Of a stretch of 48,194 nucleotides of DNA, positions 28,751 to 38,589 are shown one piece after another (position 1 is the stretch's first letter; every line of letters starts with the position of its first letter). The translations under genes were made by a program, and so were the position numbers. The notes beneath the pieces were generated by a model. That model was not told where the DNA came from. It searched no databases and saw nothing but the letters and a program-made list of their open reading frames with translations. The stretch is from Treponemataceae bacterium (GTDB lineage: Bacteria > Spirochaetota > Spirochaetia > Treponematales > Rectinemataceae), in assembly GCA_963667725.2 (NCBI GenBank), contig CAXXHO010000002.1, positions 1-48,194 of the forward strand, in the 5' to 3' direction.

Positions 28751-29635
28751 ATGAAAGGAATTATCTTGGCGGGTGGAGCAGGAACCCGTCTTTATCCATT
28801 GACTATGGTCACCAGCAAGCAGCTTTTACCCATCTATGACAAGCCAATGATTTACTATCCTTTGTCGACTTTGATGCTTGCTGGTATAAAAGACATCCTA
28901 ATTATATCGACGCCGGAAGATACTCCGCGATTCGAGCATCTTCTAGGCAATGGCAATCAGTTCGGCGTGAATCTTTCCTACAAGGTGCAGCCATCTCCTG
29001 ATGGGCTTGCCCAGGCTTTCCTGTTGGGTAGCGATTTTATAAACACCGACACCTGCGCCATGGTGCTGGGGGACAATATCTTTTATGGCAATGGATTCAC
29101 CTCGTTGCTGAGTAAGGCAGTTGCCGATGCTTCCAACGGGAAAGCGACCGTCTTTGGTTACTATGTGTCAGATCCCGAACGGTTTGGTGTTGTCGAGTTC
29201 GACACTTTGGACAATGTTGTTTCTGTCGAAGAGAAGCCAAAACAGCCAAAGAGCAACTATGCCATAACGGGTTTGTACTTCTATGACAATAGGGTGTCGG
29301 AATTTGCTAGACATGTAAAACCCTCCGCGCGGGGTGAGCTGGAAATAACTGACTTGAATCGTTTGTATCTTGAGGCGGGGGATTTGAAGGTTCAGCTTTT
29401 AGGAAGAGGTTTTGCTTGGCTCGATACAGGAACGATGGACAGCCTAGTCGATGCCGCCGATTTTGTACGCATGATTGAGAAACGGCAAAGTATCAAGATT
29501 TCGGCCCCAGAGGAAATTGCTTTTCGGAATGGATGGATCACCAAAAACCAATTGCTGGAAAGTGCCATCAGATATGGGAAAAGCCCCTATGGGGAACATC
29601 TCAAACAAGTTGCAGAAATGAAAATTCACTATTAG
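28751..29635 (+). CDS. rmlA: Glucose-1-phosphate thymidylyltransferase
   Basis: [44 protein letters not shown] and WLDTGT. GGAGG lies upstream. Confidence 0.97.
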   Translation: MKGIILAGGAGTRLYPLTMVTSKQLLPIYDKPMIYYPLSTLMLAGIKDILIISTPEDTPRFEHLLGNGNQFGVNLSYKVQPSPDGLAQAFLLGSDFINTDTCAMVLGDNIFYGNGFTSLLSKAVADASNGKATVFGYYVSDPERFGVVEFDTLDNVVSVEEKPKQPKSNYAITGLYFYDNRVSEFARHVKPSARGELEITDLNRLYLEAGDLKVQLLGRGFAWLDTGTMDSLVDAADFVRMIEKRQSIKISAPEEIAFRNGWITKNQLLESAIRYGKSPYGEHLKQVAEMKIHY

Positions 29636-29644
29636 GATAGTATT

Positions 29645-30544
29645 GTGAATATTCTTATTACAGGCGCCAAGGGTCAACTTGGCAGTGAACTGGTGAAGAT
29701 ATTGGGGGAAGGGCGATCCGAAAAGAGGGAGCTTCCTCCTTTATATTTGGGGAATAATATCGTTGCAGTTGATGTGGATGAACTCGACATCACCTCTGCT
29801 GAATCCGTTGACTCCTACTTTGCCCTAAGCAAGCCAAGCCTAGTCTTCAACTGCGCCGCGATGACTAACGTAGATGGCTGTGAGAGTAATGAGAAAGCAG
29901 CCAATCAGGTTAATGCAATTGGACCTAAGAACCTTGCCGTGGCTTCTAGTAGGTACGGTTCACGCCTGATCCATGTATCAACCGATTATGTGTTTTCAGG
30001 CGACAGTGCAAAGCCTTATGAAGAGACTGACGAACCATCTCCCAAAACAGTCTACGGCAGGACCAAGCTTGATGGGGAACGTTTCGTATTAGAGAATTGT
30101 AGAAACAGCTGCGTCTGTCGCACAGCTTGGTTGTACGGGTACGTCGGCAACAATTTTGTGAAAACAATACTCAGGCTTTCCAGGGAGAAAAAGGAGCTGA
30201 CCGTAGTATCTGACCAAGTGGGGAATCCTACCAGTGCGGTTGATCTAGCCTTTCAATTGGTTCTTTTAGCAGCTTCCAACGAGACTGGCATCTTCCATTG
30301 CACATGCAATGGTGAGGCAGTGAGTTGGAATGCTTTTGCAAAAAGGATAGTAGAAAAGTCTGGACTTGATGTCCCGGTTAAAGCATGTCTGACCGACGAG
30401 TTCCCAAGACCCGCAAGAAGACCCGCATATTCCGCCTTGGACAACAGGCACCTGAGAGAAACAATTGGGGACAGCATGCGGGACTGGCGGGAGGCATTGG
30501 ATAGTTTCCTTGAGCAGTATTTGAGGCAAGCAAGAGAGCAATGA
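29645..30544 (+). CDS. rmlD: dTDP-4-dehydrorhamnose reductase
   Basis: ITGAKGQLG, AAMTNVDGCE, STDYVF, YGRTK and RPAYSAL. Confidence 0.95.
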   Translation: MNILITGAKGQLGSELVKILGEGRSEKRELPPLYLGNNIVAVDVDELDITSAESVDSYFALSKPSLVFNCAAMTNVDGCESNEKAANQVNAIGPKNLAVASSRYGSRLIHVSTDYVFSGDSAKPYEETDEPSPKTVYGRTKLDGERFVLENCRNSCVCRTAWLYGYVGNNFVKTILRLSREKKELTVVSDQVGNPTSAVDLAFQLVLLAASNETGIFHCTCNGEAVSWNAFAKRIVEKSGLDVPVKACLTDEFPRPARRPAYSALDNRHLRETIGDSMRDWREALDSFLEQYLRQAREQ

Positions 30545-30637
30545 GAAAAGCGTACTTTAATAATAGCGTAATTGCCCACGGCGCATGTCAGCGCTACTGC
30601 CAAGGGACTTCCGCAACCATATAAAAAGGGAGCATAA

Positions 30638-31201
30638 ATGGAACAGTTCATATTCACTAAGACGGAAATAGACGGGGTGCTCATTATTGAGCCAAAATTA
30701 TTCGGCGATGAGCGAGGATACTTCATGGAGACCTACAACAAAGCCGAATTTTGCAAAGCGGGAATAACAAACGAGTTCGTTCAGGACAATCAAAGCAAAT
30801 CACGCAAGGGGGTGCTTAGGGGCTTGCACTTCCAAAAGCAATTCCCTCAGGCAAAGCTGGTGCGAGTCACCAGGGGTGCGGTGTATGACGTAGCAATCGA
30901 TTTGAGAAAGGGTAGCCTGACCCTCGGCAAGCATGTGGGAGTAGTGCTTACTGCTGAAAAGAAAAACATGTTCTTCATTCCTAAAGGGTTTGCGCATGGC
31001 TTTCTGGTGCTTTCTGAGGAAGCCGAATTCGTTTACAAATGCGATGAATTCTACCATCCCGAGGATGAGGGGGGAGTCAGATGGGATGACCCCACCATTG
31101 CGATACAGTGGCCTGATACAGGGATACTGCCTTGTTTGAGTGAGAAGGATAAAGCATACCCACCATTTCATTTCCTGCGTGATGGAAGTGACGAACTGTG
31201 A
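30638..31201 (+). CDS. rmlC: dTDP-4-dehydrorhamnose 3,5-epimerase
   Basis: FGDERGYFMETY, QDNQSKS, LRGLHFQ and GFAHGF. Confidence 0.96.
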   Translation: MEQFIFTKTEIDGVLIIEPKLFGDERGYFMETYNKAEFCKAGITNEFVQDNQSKSRKGVLRGLHFQKQFPQAKLVRVTRGAVYDVAIDLRKGSLTLGKHVGVVLTAEKKNMFFIPKGFAHGFLVLSEEAEFVYKCDEFYHPEDEGGVRWDDPTIAIQWPDTGILPCLSEKDKAYPPFHFLRDGSDEL

Positions 31202-32619
31202 AAGATTCTGTCAAGGGCATTATATGGAAACTATACTACTCTATTTCGGCAAATTTGGTCAATTTTATTATATCCTTGGTCATTTCATTCGTAGTTCCTA
31301 AATTTCTTGGAATAGAGCAGTACAGCTATTGGCAACTCTATGTGTTTTATATTGGGTATGTAGGGGTCTTCCATTTGGGGCACGCAGACGGCATTTACCT
31401 CCGATATGGAGGTAAATATTATGATGAACTTAATAAGCCGTTGATGCACTCGCAGTACTGGCTTCTTGCACTCCTTGAGGTTTTTGTTTTCATTGGCTTT
31501 GCGATTTTGGCATTTACTAAGTCTAGCGAGCTGAGTCGAGCATTTATTCTTCTTGCAACCGGCCTTAATTGTGTGTTGGTTTTGCCAAGGACTCTTTTGC
31601 AGTTCATTCTTCAAGGAACAGGGAGAATTCGTGAATACGGGAGAAACTTCATAATTGAAAGATTAATATGCATATTCCTGATTGTAGTATTCTTGATAGT
31701 TGGTTTGCGGCAGTTTGAATATATGATCATTGCAGATATCGGCGCTAAGCTGGTGGCAATGATTGAATTAGCATGGATTTGCAGAGATATTATTGCGGCA
31801 AAAGGGGTGCCGATAAAGATTGCGCTCAAGGAGTTCTGGGAGAATATTGCAGCTGGAATTAATGTGGTGTTAGCTAATATTGCTAGTTTTTTGATTATTG
31901 GAATCGTTCGCTTTGGTATAGAGAAAGGATGGGATGTTGTAACGTTTGGGAAAGTATCTTTTACGCTGAGTATTTCGAATTTTATAATCGTCTTCATATA
32001 TGCTGTAGGCATAGTAATATTCCCGACGATTAAAAGGAGCAATCAGGAAAAATTGCCAATAGTATATGAGACATTGGGATCCTTGCTGTCTGAGGTGATG
32101 ATCATTTTTCTTGTTGTATATTTCCCAATACAAAAGATATTGCTTCTTTGGCTGCCTGACTATTACGAAGCAATACAATATTTCGCGATACTCTTCCCCA
32201 TCTCCATATTTGAGGCACGTAGCTCTTTACTGATCAATACTTTTTTGAAGGCTCTGAGGGAAGAGAAAGCGATGCTGGTTCTCAACTGCATTTCAGTTAT
32301 TATTTCCATAATTACCACAGTCATAATAGTGTTTTTGCTGAAGAACTTGACCTTGGCTGTTTTTTCTATTGCAGCGCTCGTCATTATTAAGTGCTATCTT
32401 CCGGATATATATCTTCAAAAAAAGATGAATATGCATTTACCTATAGATATGATATGGAATATTGCGGCAACATCAACCTTTATCATTTGTAGTTGGTATG
32501 TAGGTGGGGTTAAGGGCTGGCTGGTTTATATCGTTTTTTTGCTTGCACAATTTGCTATAAGAAGGAATAAGTTTTCACAGCAAATCAAAAGCATGAAAGA
32601 ATTGCTGGGCGCTATGTAA
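31198..32619 (+). CDS. wzx: Wzx oligosaccharide flippase
   Basis: About 12-14 TM segments and VPKFLG..YSYWQLY..Y.G.FHLG..DGIYLRYGG. Confidence 0.85.
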   Translation: MKDSVKGIIWKLYYSISANLVNFIISLVISFVVPKFLGIEQYSYWQLYVFYIGYVGVFHLGHADGIYLRYGGKYYDELNKPLMHSQYWLLALLEVFVFIGFAILAFTKSSELSRAFILLATGLNCVLVLPRTLLQFILQGTGRIREYGRNFIIERLICIFLIVVFLIVGLRQFEYMIIADIGAKLVAMIELAWICRDIIAAKGVPIKIALKEFWENIAAGINVVLANIASFLIIGIVRFGIEKGWDVVTFGKVSFTLSISNFIIVFIYAVGIVIFPTIKRSNQEKLPIVYETLGSLLSEVMIIFLVVYFPIQKILLLWLPDYYEAIQYFAILFPISIFEARSSLLINTFLKALREEKAMLVLNCISVIISIITTVIIVFLLKNLTLAVFSIAALVIIKCYLPDIYLQKKMNMHLPIDMIWNIAATSTFIICSWYVGGVKGWLVYIVFLLAQFAIRRNKFSQQIKSMKELLGAM

Positions 32620-32651
32620 ATTTGCGCTGAGGGTTTAAGGAGGTTGTTTTA

Positions 32652-33680
32652 ATGTTCAAGGACAAGACCCTGCTTATAACCGGAGGGACCGGATCTTTTG
32701 GGAACGCGGTATTGGACAGGTTCATCGATACCGATGTGAAGGAAATACGGATTTTCTCCCGGGATGAAAAAAAGCAGGAAGACATGCGTCTTCGCTATAA
32801 AAACGATAAGATCAAGTTCTACATCGGCGACGTGCGGGACCTTGCCAGCATCTCGGGCGCCATGCACGGCGTGGATTACGTGTTTTCTGCCGCCGCGCTC
32901 AAGCAGGTGCCTTCCTGCGAGTTCTTTCCGATGGAAGCGGTTCGGACCAATGTCATCGGCACCGACAACACCCTCACTGCGGCGGCGCAGAATGGCGTAA
33001 AAAGGGTTATCTGCCTTTCCACCGACAAGGCGGTCTACCCCATCAATGCCATGGGCCTGTCGAAGGCCATGATGGAAAAGGTCATGGTCGCCAAGTCGCG
33101 GAACCTGGATCCGGCGAAGACGCTTTTTGCGGGAACCCGCTATGGCAACGTCATGGCCTCGCGCGGATCGGTGATTCCGCTATTCATCAGGCAGATCAAA
33201 GCGGATCAATCCATTACCGTGACCGATCCGGAGATGACTCGTTTCATGATGTCTTTGCCTCAAGCGGTGGAACTCGTTTTATTCGCTTACGCGCATGCGC
33301 ATCAGGGCGATCTTTTCGTGCAAAAAGCGGCCGCCGCCACGATCGCGGACCTGGCAGAGGTGCTGCAGGATATATTCGGCGGCACCAGGCCGATCCACGT
33401 GATCGGGACCCGCCATGGCGAAAAACTGTACGAGACGCTGCTATCCACGGAGGAAGCGGCGAAGGCTCAGGACCTGGGCGATTACTACCGCATTCCCGCC
33501 GACACGCGCGACCTCAATTATCACAAGTATTTCGATCAGGGCGATAAAAGCATCGCCTTGGCGGAGGCCTATACCTCGCACAACACGCGGCGCCTGGACC
33601 GCGCCGGCCTCAAGGAAATGCTGTTGAAGTTGGATTACGTGCAGCGAGCGCTTGCCGGCACCGAGGATCAGGGCGTATGA
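32652..33680 (+). CDS. fnlA: UDP-GlcNAc 4,6-dehydratase/5-epimerase (FnlA/CapE/WbjB)
   Basis: ITGGTGSFG, FSRDEKKQ, AALKQVPSCEFFPMEAV, TRYGNVMASRGSVIP and GTRHGEK. Confidence 0.95.
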   Translation: MFKDKTLLITGGTGSFGNAVLDRFIDTDVKEIRIFSRDEKKQEDMRLRYKNDKIKFYIGDVRDLASISGAMHGVDYVFSAAALKQVPSCEFFPMEAVRTNVIGTDNTLTAAAQNGVKRVICLSTDKAVYPINAMGLSKAMMEKVMVAKSRNLDPAKTLFAGTRYGNVMASRGSVIPLFIRQIKADQSITVTDPEMTRFMMSLPQAVELVLFAYAHAHQGDLFVQKAAAATIADLAEVLQDIFGGTRPIHVIGTRHGEKLYETLLSTEEAAKAQDLGDYYRIPADTRDLNYHKYFDQGDKSIALAEAYTSHNTRRLDRAGLKEMLLKLDYVQRALAGTEDQGV

Positions 33681-33702
33681 AGTGCGTCATAGGTAGGTTC
33701 AA

Positions 33703-35004
33703 ATGTATCAAAAGATAGTTCACCAGAAGCGCCTTTACATGGCCTTCATAGTTACGTTCCTCTTTCTGTTTCAGTTCGTCTACGCCGACCGGTTCACGAA
33801 TCTGAGAATGCTGCAGTTTATCATCGTTGATTTTTCCATTGTCGCTTTCATTTTTGCCTTTCATGGCTTTGAGCTGAATACCTTGAAAAGCAAGCACGTG
33901 ATTTTTATCTCGACGGCCATTGGTTCGTTCCTTGGCGTCCTGCTTGGCATGTTTTTGGTCATCCTGATATTCGGAGCCCAGCGGGACATCTATCGAAATG
34001 AGTTCATCGCGACCAATATTGCGGCAATCGTCGGTATCCCCATTTTTTCATGGACATATTATAAAATCATAATGAAGGTGATTCCCCCTACTCTTTGCGT
34101 GGCGATCGGGAATCCTCTAAAATATGAGTCCCTGATGGATGAAGTGCGCATTTCCTCCCATGGGAAGGTCATAGTCGATACCTGGATTGCTTCTGAAGAA
34201 GAAGCCAATGAAATTGCCGCCAAACTGGAGAATAGGTCAATCTTGGTCGCGGACCTGGCGCTTTATCGAAAGTTGTCCTGTGCGCTGGAGGATCTGGAGA
34301 AGCAAGGGGTGCAGAAGTACTTCATCACCGATGTCGTCGAGAACTGGCTCTATAGGATCCCTCTGCAGCTAGTGGAGGAATATCGTGACCACTATGAGAT
34401 TTTATTGAACAAGGCGCCGATTTCCCAGGAAAAACGGGTCCTGGACATAGCTTTTGGCTTGGTGATGATGCTTGTCACGGTACCCTTTATTGTGGTGTTC
34501 GCCATTCTGATCGTACTGGATTCCGGATTCCCGATTGTTTTCAAGCAAGCCCGCGTAGGTTTATATGAACAGCTCTTCATGTTTTACAAGCTGAGAAGCC
34601 TCAAGGTTGACAAGGAGGCGGAAAATTCGGAGAATCCCAATAAAACGATCAAGCAGCGGATAACGCTTGTGGGCAAGATCCTGAGAAAAACCCGCATCGA
34701 TGAGTTCCCGCAATTCGTGAACATTCTCGACGGCACTATGTCCGTGGTTGGGCCGAGGCCCGAGATGAAGGTCTACCACGACAAGTGGATTGAAGAGATT
34801 CCGTTCTATGGGTATCGCAATATGGTCCGCCCCGGCGTCACGGGTTGGGCTCAAATCAATTATGGACATACCACTTCAAAGGAAGAATATATCCGGAAGA
34901 CGGAGTATGACCTGTATTACGTGATTCACAAATCAATTCTCTTTGACATTCAAATAGTCATGCAGACGTTTGAAACTTTCTTGGGCATGAAGGGCGGCAG
35001 GTAG
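33703..35004 (+). CDS. Second polyprenyl-phosphate glycosylphosphotransferase (initiating transferase)
   Basis: N-terminal TMs, KRVLDI, YKLRS, LRKTRIDEFPQ, SVVGPRPE, RPGVTGWAQI and YDLYY. Confidence 0.9.
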   Translation: MYQKIVHQKRLYMAFIVTFLFLFQFVYADRFTNLRMLQFIIVDFSIVAFIFAFHGFELNTLKSKHVIFISTAIGSFLGVLLGMFLVILIFGAQRDIYRNEFIATNIAAIVGIPIFSWTYYKIIMKVIPPTLCVAIGNPLKYESLMDEVRISSHGKVIVDTWIASEEEANEIAAKLENRSILVADLALYRKLSCALEDLEKQGVQKYFITDVVENWLYRIPLQLVEEYRDHYEILLNKAPISQEKRVLDIAFGLVMMLVTVPFIVVFAILIVLDSGFPIVFKQARVGLYEQLFMFYKLRSLKVDKEAENSENPNKTIKQRITLVGKILRKTRIDEFPQFVNILDGTMSVVGPRPEMKVYHDKWIEEIPFYGYRNMVRPGVTGWAQINYGHTTSKEEYIRKTEYDLYYVIHKSILFDIQIVMQTFETFLGMKGGR

Positions 35005-35011
35005 GAATTTC

Positions 35012-36286
35012 ATGCACATTCTTGTCGAATCACAGTTTTTCTATCCCGAGCAGATGCGCATCAATGACATCTGTGTTTCTCTGGCGGAGCGCGGTCACGC
35101 GGTGACGGTCGTCACAAGCGTTCCAAATTACCCGCAAGGCAAATTCTATCCAGGATATGGGTTTTTTAGGCGACGGAAAGAGTGTTTCAAAGGTGTCTCG
35201 ATAATTCATCTCCCAGTAGTCCCCAGGGGCAGGGGGTTCATCGGCTTGACGTTGAATTATATTTCTTTCGTTCTGTCGGGGTGGTTCTTCGCTTCTTTCA
35301 CAAGCCTCAAGCCAGATATCATATTCATGAACATGAGTTCTCCGATGACTCAAAGCCTTGTGGGAACCTGGCTCGCAAAAAGAAGGCGCATCCCTAGCGT
35401 GATTTACATCATGGATCTCTGGCCCGAGAGCTTCCAGGCGATAACCGGCATTTCTTCCGCTTTGATCCTCAAGCCTCTGGGGCGAATGGTCGATCACATC
35501 TATTCGCGGGTCGATCATATCCTGACCTCGTCTTATGGTTTTCTGGATGTCATCGAGGCGCGGGGCGTTCCAAAAGCGAAACTTGAGTATTGGCCCCAGT
35601 ATGCCGAGGATTTTTATATTCCACAGGAAGCGTCTTGGGGCTGCGATTCGAAGATACCTTCAGATGATCGACTTAAAATCATATTTACTGGGAATGTCGG
35701 CTTGGCCCAAGGCTTGGACCTGCTCATTCCCGCCGCCGAGGCAATTCAGAAGCTGCAATTGCCCATTTGTTTCATCATTGTCGGCGATGGAAGCTATAAA
35801 GAAACATTGCTCTCCCTCGTAGACCGGCGCGGCCTAGGGAACTTCTTCGTATTTATCGATCGACAGCCCGCTCTCGCGATACCCGGCCTCCTGGCGCAAG
35901 CGGATGCAGGTTTGGTAGTTCTAAAGAAGAGCGGGATTTTTTCTAAGACCCTTCCCGCCAAAGTGCAATCGTACATGGCTTGTTCGCTTCCGCTAATTGT
36001 TTCTGCCGATGGGGAAGCCCAGCGCGTGGTGCGGGAGTCGGGGGCGGGGGCGGCCGCGCCAGCTGAAGATGTCGAAGCGTTCGTCGACGCCATTGCTTCC
36101 TTTGCGGCATTGGGCGAGGAACGGAGAAAACAGATGGGAGAGGCCGCGAAAATATACTCCGAGAGAATGTTTCAAAAAAAAGAGCTTATCGATCGATTGG
36201 AGACGGTCCTGGATTCTTTCTGCAAAGAAAATCGAAATGTTCGCCCTAAAAAACATCCTGGGCGCAGACAGGAGAGCTGTGTATGA
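35012..36286 (+). CDS. Glycosyltransferase family 4 (WbuB-like, candidate L-FucNAc transferase)
   Basis: SQFFYPE, VPNYPQG, DLWPES, GNVGLAQGL and PAKVQSYMA. It lies among the fnl genes. Confidence 0.88.
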   Translation: MHILVESQFFYPEQMRINDICVSLAERGHAVTVVTSVPNYPQGKFYPGYGFFRRRKECFKGVSIIHLPVVPRGRGFIGLTLNYISFVLSGWFFASFTSLKPDIIFMNMSSPMTQSLVGTWLAKRRRIPSVIYIMDLWPESFQAITGISSALILKPLGRMVDHIYSRVDHILTSSYGFLDVIEARGVPKAKLEYWPQYAEDFYIPQEASWGCDSKIPSDDRLKIIFTGNVGLAQGLDLLIPAAEAIQKLQLPICFIIVGDGSYKETLLSLVDRRGLGNFFVFIDRQPALAIPGLLAQADAGLVVLKKSGIFSKTLPAKVQSYMACSLPLIVSADGEAQRVVRESGAGAAAPAEDVEAFVDAIASFAALGEERRKQMGEAAKIYSERMFQKKELIDRLETVLDSFCKENRNVRPKKHPGRRQESCV

Positions 36287-37392
36287 AAATACTTATCACC
36301 GGTTCAGACGGCTTTGTGGGGAAGAATCTGGTGTGTGAGCTTAGAAGCAAGGGATATGGCGATCTCTATCTCTATGATCTGGACACCGACCCCTCCCTTC
36401 TTGATGTTTTTACGAGGGACTGCGAGTTCGTCTTCCACTTGGCGGGCGTGAACCGGCCCAAGGACCAAGAGGAATACATGCGGGGCAACTTCGGATTCAC
36501 TGATGTCCTTCTTGCTTCCTTGAAAAAGAACGGGAACACCTGTCCCATACTCATTACTTCGTCCATCCAGGCGGCCCTCGACAATCCCTACGGCAAAAGC
36601 AAAAAGGCGGGGGAGGATTTGCTGTTTTCCCATGGGACCCAGACTGGTTCCATCGTATACGTCTTTCGTCTTCCCAACGTTTTCGGCAAGTGGTGCAAGC
36701 CCAATTACAACAGCGCGGTCGCCACCTTCTGCCACAACATCGCCAGGGATCTTCCTGTCACGGTCAACGATCCCGAGGTTGTCATGAGCCTCGTGTATAT
36801 CGATGATGTCCTGGAAGCCTTCCTGGGCGCCCTCGTGGGCGAAGTGCTCAAGGAGGATGGGTTCTGCAAAGTGGCCACTGTTCATACGGTGAAGCTGGGC
36901 AGGATTGTGGAACTGCTGAAGGGTTTTCGAGACGGCAGGGCCAACCTTTCCGTGCCGGACATGTCCTCCAGCTTCGAGAAGGTGCTGTACAGCACCTATC
37001 TGAGCTATCTCCCGGAAAACCAGTTCAGTTACCCATTGAAGATGAATATTGACACCCGAGGATCCTTCACCGAAATCATCCGCACGGCTGAGCGGGGGCA
37101 GTTCTCGGTGAACATCTCCAAGCCCGGGATTACCAAAGGCAACCACTGGCATCATACCAAGAATGAGAAGTTCCTGGTGGTGGCAGGGAAGGCTTTGATA
37201 CAGTTTCGAAGGATTGGCTCGGAGGAAGTGATCGACTACCATGTGACGGGAGAGAGGCTGGAGGTTGTGGACATACCCCCCGGATACACCCACAACATCA
37301 TCAACGAGGGAGAGGGCGACCTGGTGACCTTCATGTGGGCCAGCGAGTCGTACGACCCCGACAGACCCGATACTATATTCGAGAAGGTTTGA
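36283..37392 (+). CDS. fnlB: FnlB/CapF/WbjC reductase with C-terminal cupin
   Basis: HLAGVNRP, SSIQAALDNPYGKSK, NVFGKWCKPNYNS and GNHWHHTKNEKF. Confidence 0.95.
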   Translation: MKILITGSDGFVGKNLVCELRSKGYGDLYLYDLDTDPSLLDVFTRDCEFVFHLAGVNRPKDQEEYMRGNFGFTDVLLASLKKNGNTCPILITSSIQAALDNPYGKSKKAGEDLLFSHGTQTGSIVYVFRLPNVFGKWCKPNYNSAVATFCHNIARDLPVTVNDPEVVMSLVYIDDVLEAFLGALVGEVLKEDGFCKVATVHTVKLGRIVELLKGFRDGRANLSVPDMSSSFEKVLYSTYLSYLPENQFSYPLKMNIDTRGSFTEIIRTAERGQFSVNISKPGITKGNHWHHTKNEKFLVVAGKALIQFRRIGSEEVIDYHVTGERLEVVDIPPGYTHNIINEGEGDLVTFMWASESYDPDRPDTIFEKV

Positions 37393-37397
37393 GAACT

Positions 37398-38522
37398 ATG
37401 GAAAAGATGAAGGTGATGACCATTCTGGGAACGAGGCCCGAAATCATCCGCTTGAGCGCGGTCATCCAGAAGTGCGACCAGTACTTCAACCACATACTGG
37501 TGCATACGGGCCAGAACTGGGACTACACGCTCAATCAGGTGTTCTTCGAGGATCTGGGGCTGCGGGCTCCCGACTACTACCTTGAGAGCGTCGGCAAGGA
37601 TCTGGGGCAGACTATGGGCAACATCATAGCCAAGAGCTATGAGGTGATCCAGAAGGAGAAGCCCGACGCCCTGTTGGTGTTGGGGGACACCAACAGCGCC
37701 CTGTCGGCCATCAGCGCGAAGCGGCTGAAAGTCCCCATCTTCCATATGGAGGCCGGCAACCGCTGCTGGGACTGGAACGTGAGCGAGATGATCAACCGCA
37801 AGATCGTGGACCACATCAGCGACATCAACCTGCCATATACCGAGCACTCGAGACGCTATCTGCTCTCGGAGGGGCTGGACGGCAAGACCATCTTCGTCAC
37901 TGGTTCCCCTATGCGCGAAGTCTTGGACAGCCATCGGGAGGGGATTCTAAAGAGCGATGTCCTGGAGAGGCTGGGCCTTGTGAAGAACCGCTACCTCCTC
38001 GTTTCGGCCCACAGAGAGGAGAATATCGACGACGAAGAGCATTTCATGTCCCTGATGATGGCAATCAACGACATGGCGGAACTGTACCAGATGCCAGTCA
38101 TCTACAGCACCCACCCGAGAAGCAGGAAATTCATCGAGCAGAGGAACTTCCAGTTCCATCCCTTGGTGCGGAGTCTCAAGCCCTTCGGTTTCCTGGACTA
38201 CAACAAGCTGCAGATGAATGCCTATTGCGTGCTCAGCGACAGCGGAACGCTCAGCGAGGAGTCGGCGATGCTGGGCTTCGCGGGAGTGCTCATCCGGACC
38301 AGCACGGAGAGACCGGAGGTCCTGGACAAGGGGACGATCGTGATCGGCGGCATCACGACCAAGGACATCGCCCAGGCTCTCGAGATGGCGGTCTCGATGA
38401 GAGATGGCCAGGAAGGGACGGAGATGCCCGACGACTACCATGACGGGAATATATCGGTGAAGGTAGTCAAGCTTATACAGAGCTATGCGAAGATTGTGAA
38501 TGAGACGGTGTGGGCGAAATGA
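37398..38522 (+). CDS. fnlC: UDP-N-acetylhexosamine 2-epimerase (FnlC/CapG/WbjD)
   Basis: GTRPEIIRLS, HTGQNWD, LGDTNS, HMEAGNR and SDSGTLSEE. Confidence 0.93.
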   Translation: MEKMKVMTILGTRPEIIRLSAVIQKCDQYFNHILVHTGQNWDYTLNQVFFEDLGLRAPDYYLESVGKDLGQTMGNIIAKSYEVIQKEKPDALLVLGDTNSALSAISAKRLKVPIFHMEAGNRCWDWNVSEMINRKIVDHISDINLPYTEHSRRYLLSEGLDGKTIFVTGSPMREVLDSHREGILKSDVLERLGLVKNRYLLVSAHREENIDDEEHFMSLMMAINDMAELYQMPVIYSTHPRSRKFIEQRNFQFHPLVRSLKPFGFLDYNKLQMNAYCVLSDSGTLSEESAMLGFAGVLIRTSTERPEVLDKGTIVIGGITTKDIAQALEMAVSMRDGQEGTEMPDDYHDGNISVKVVKLIQSYAKIVNETVWAK

Positions 38523-38589
38523 AAGTCAAAGAATGATTTTTGCTGCGTGTCCCAAGACAAAACCATCCGAAATTTTATAGGAGAGAACG

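Larger units (their letters stand above)
25270..32640. other. Low-GC, probably horizontally acquired polysaccharide cassette
   Basis: Abrupt visible shift to AT-rich sequence and A/T-ending codons, against GC-rich flanks. No transposase or integrase seen. Confidence 0.8.

Noticed and set aside
5854..36181. Homopolymer tracts (C7 at 5854 and 8404, A7 at 25414, A8 at 36174) as phase-variation switches
   Set aside because: Too short to be distinctive, and the genes are all in frame.
36237..36286. ATGTTC... (MFALKNILG) as a relic of a second fnlA start
   Set aside because: Similarity is limited to two codons and cannot be distinguished from chance.
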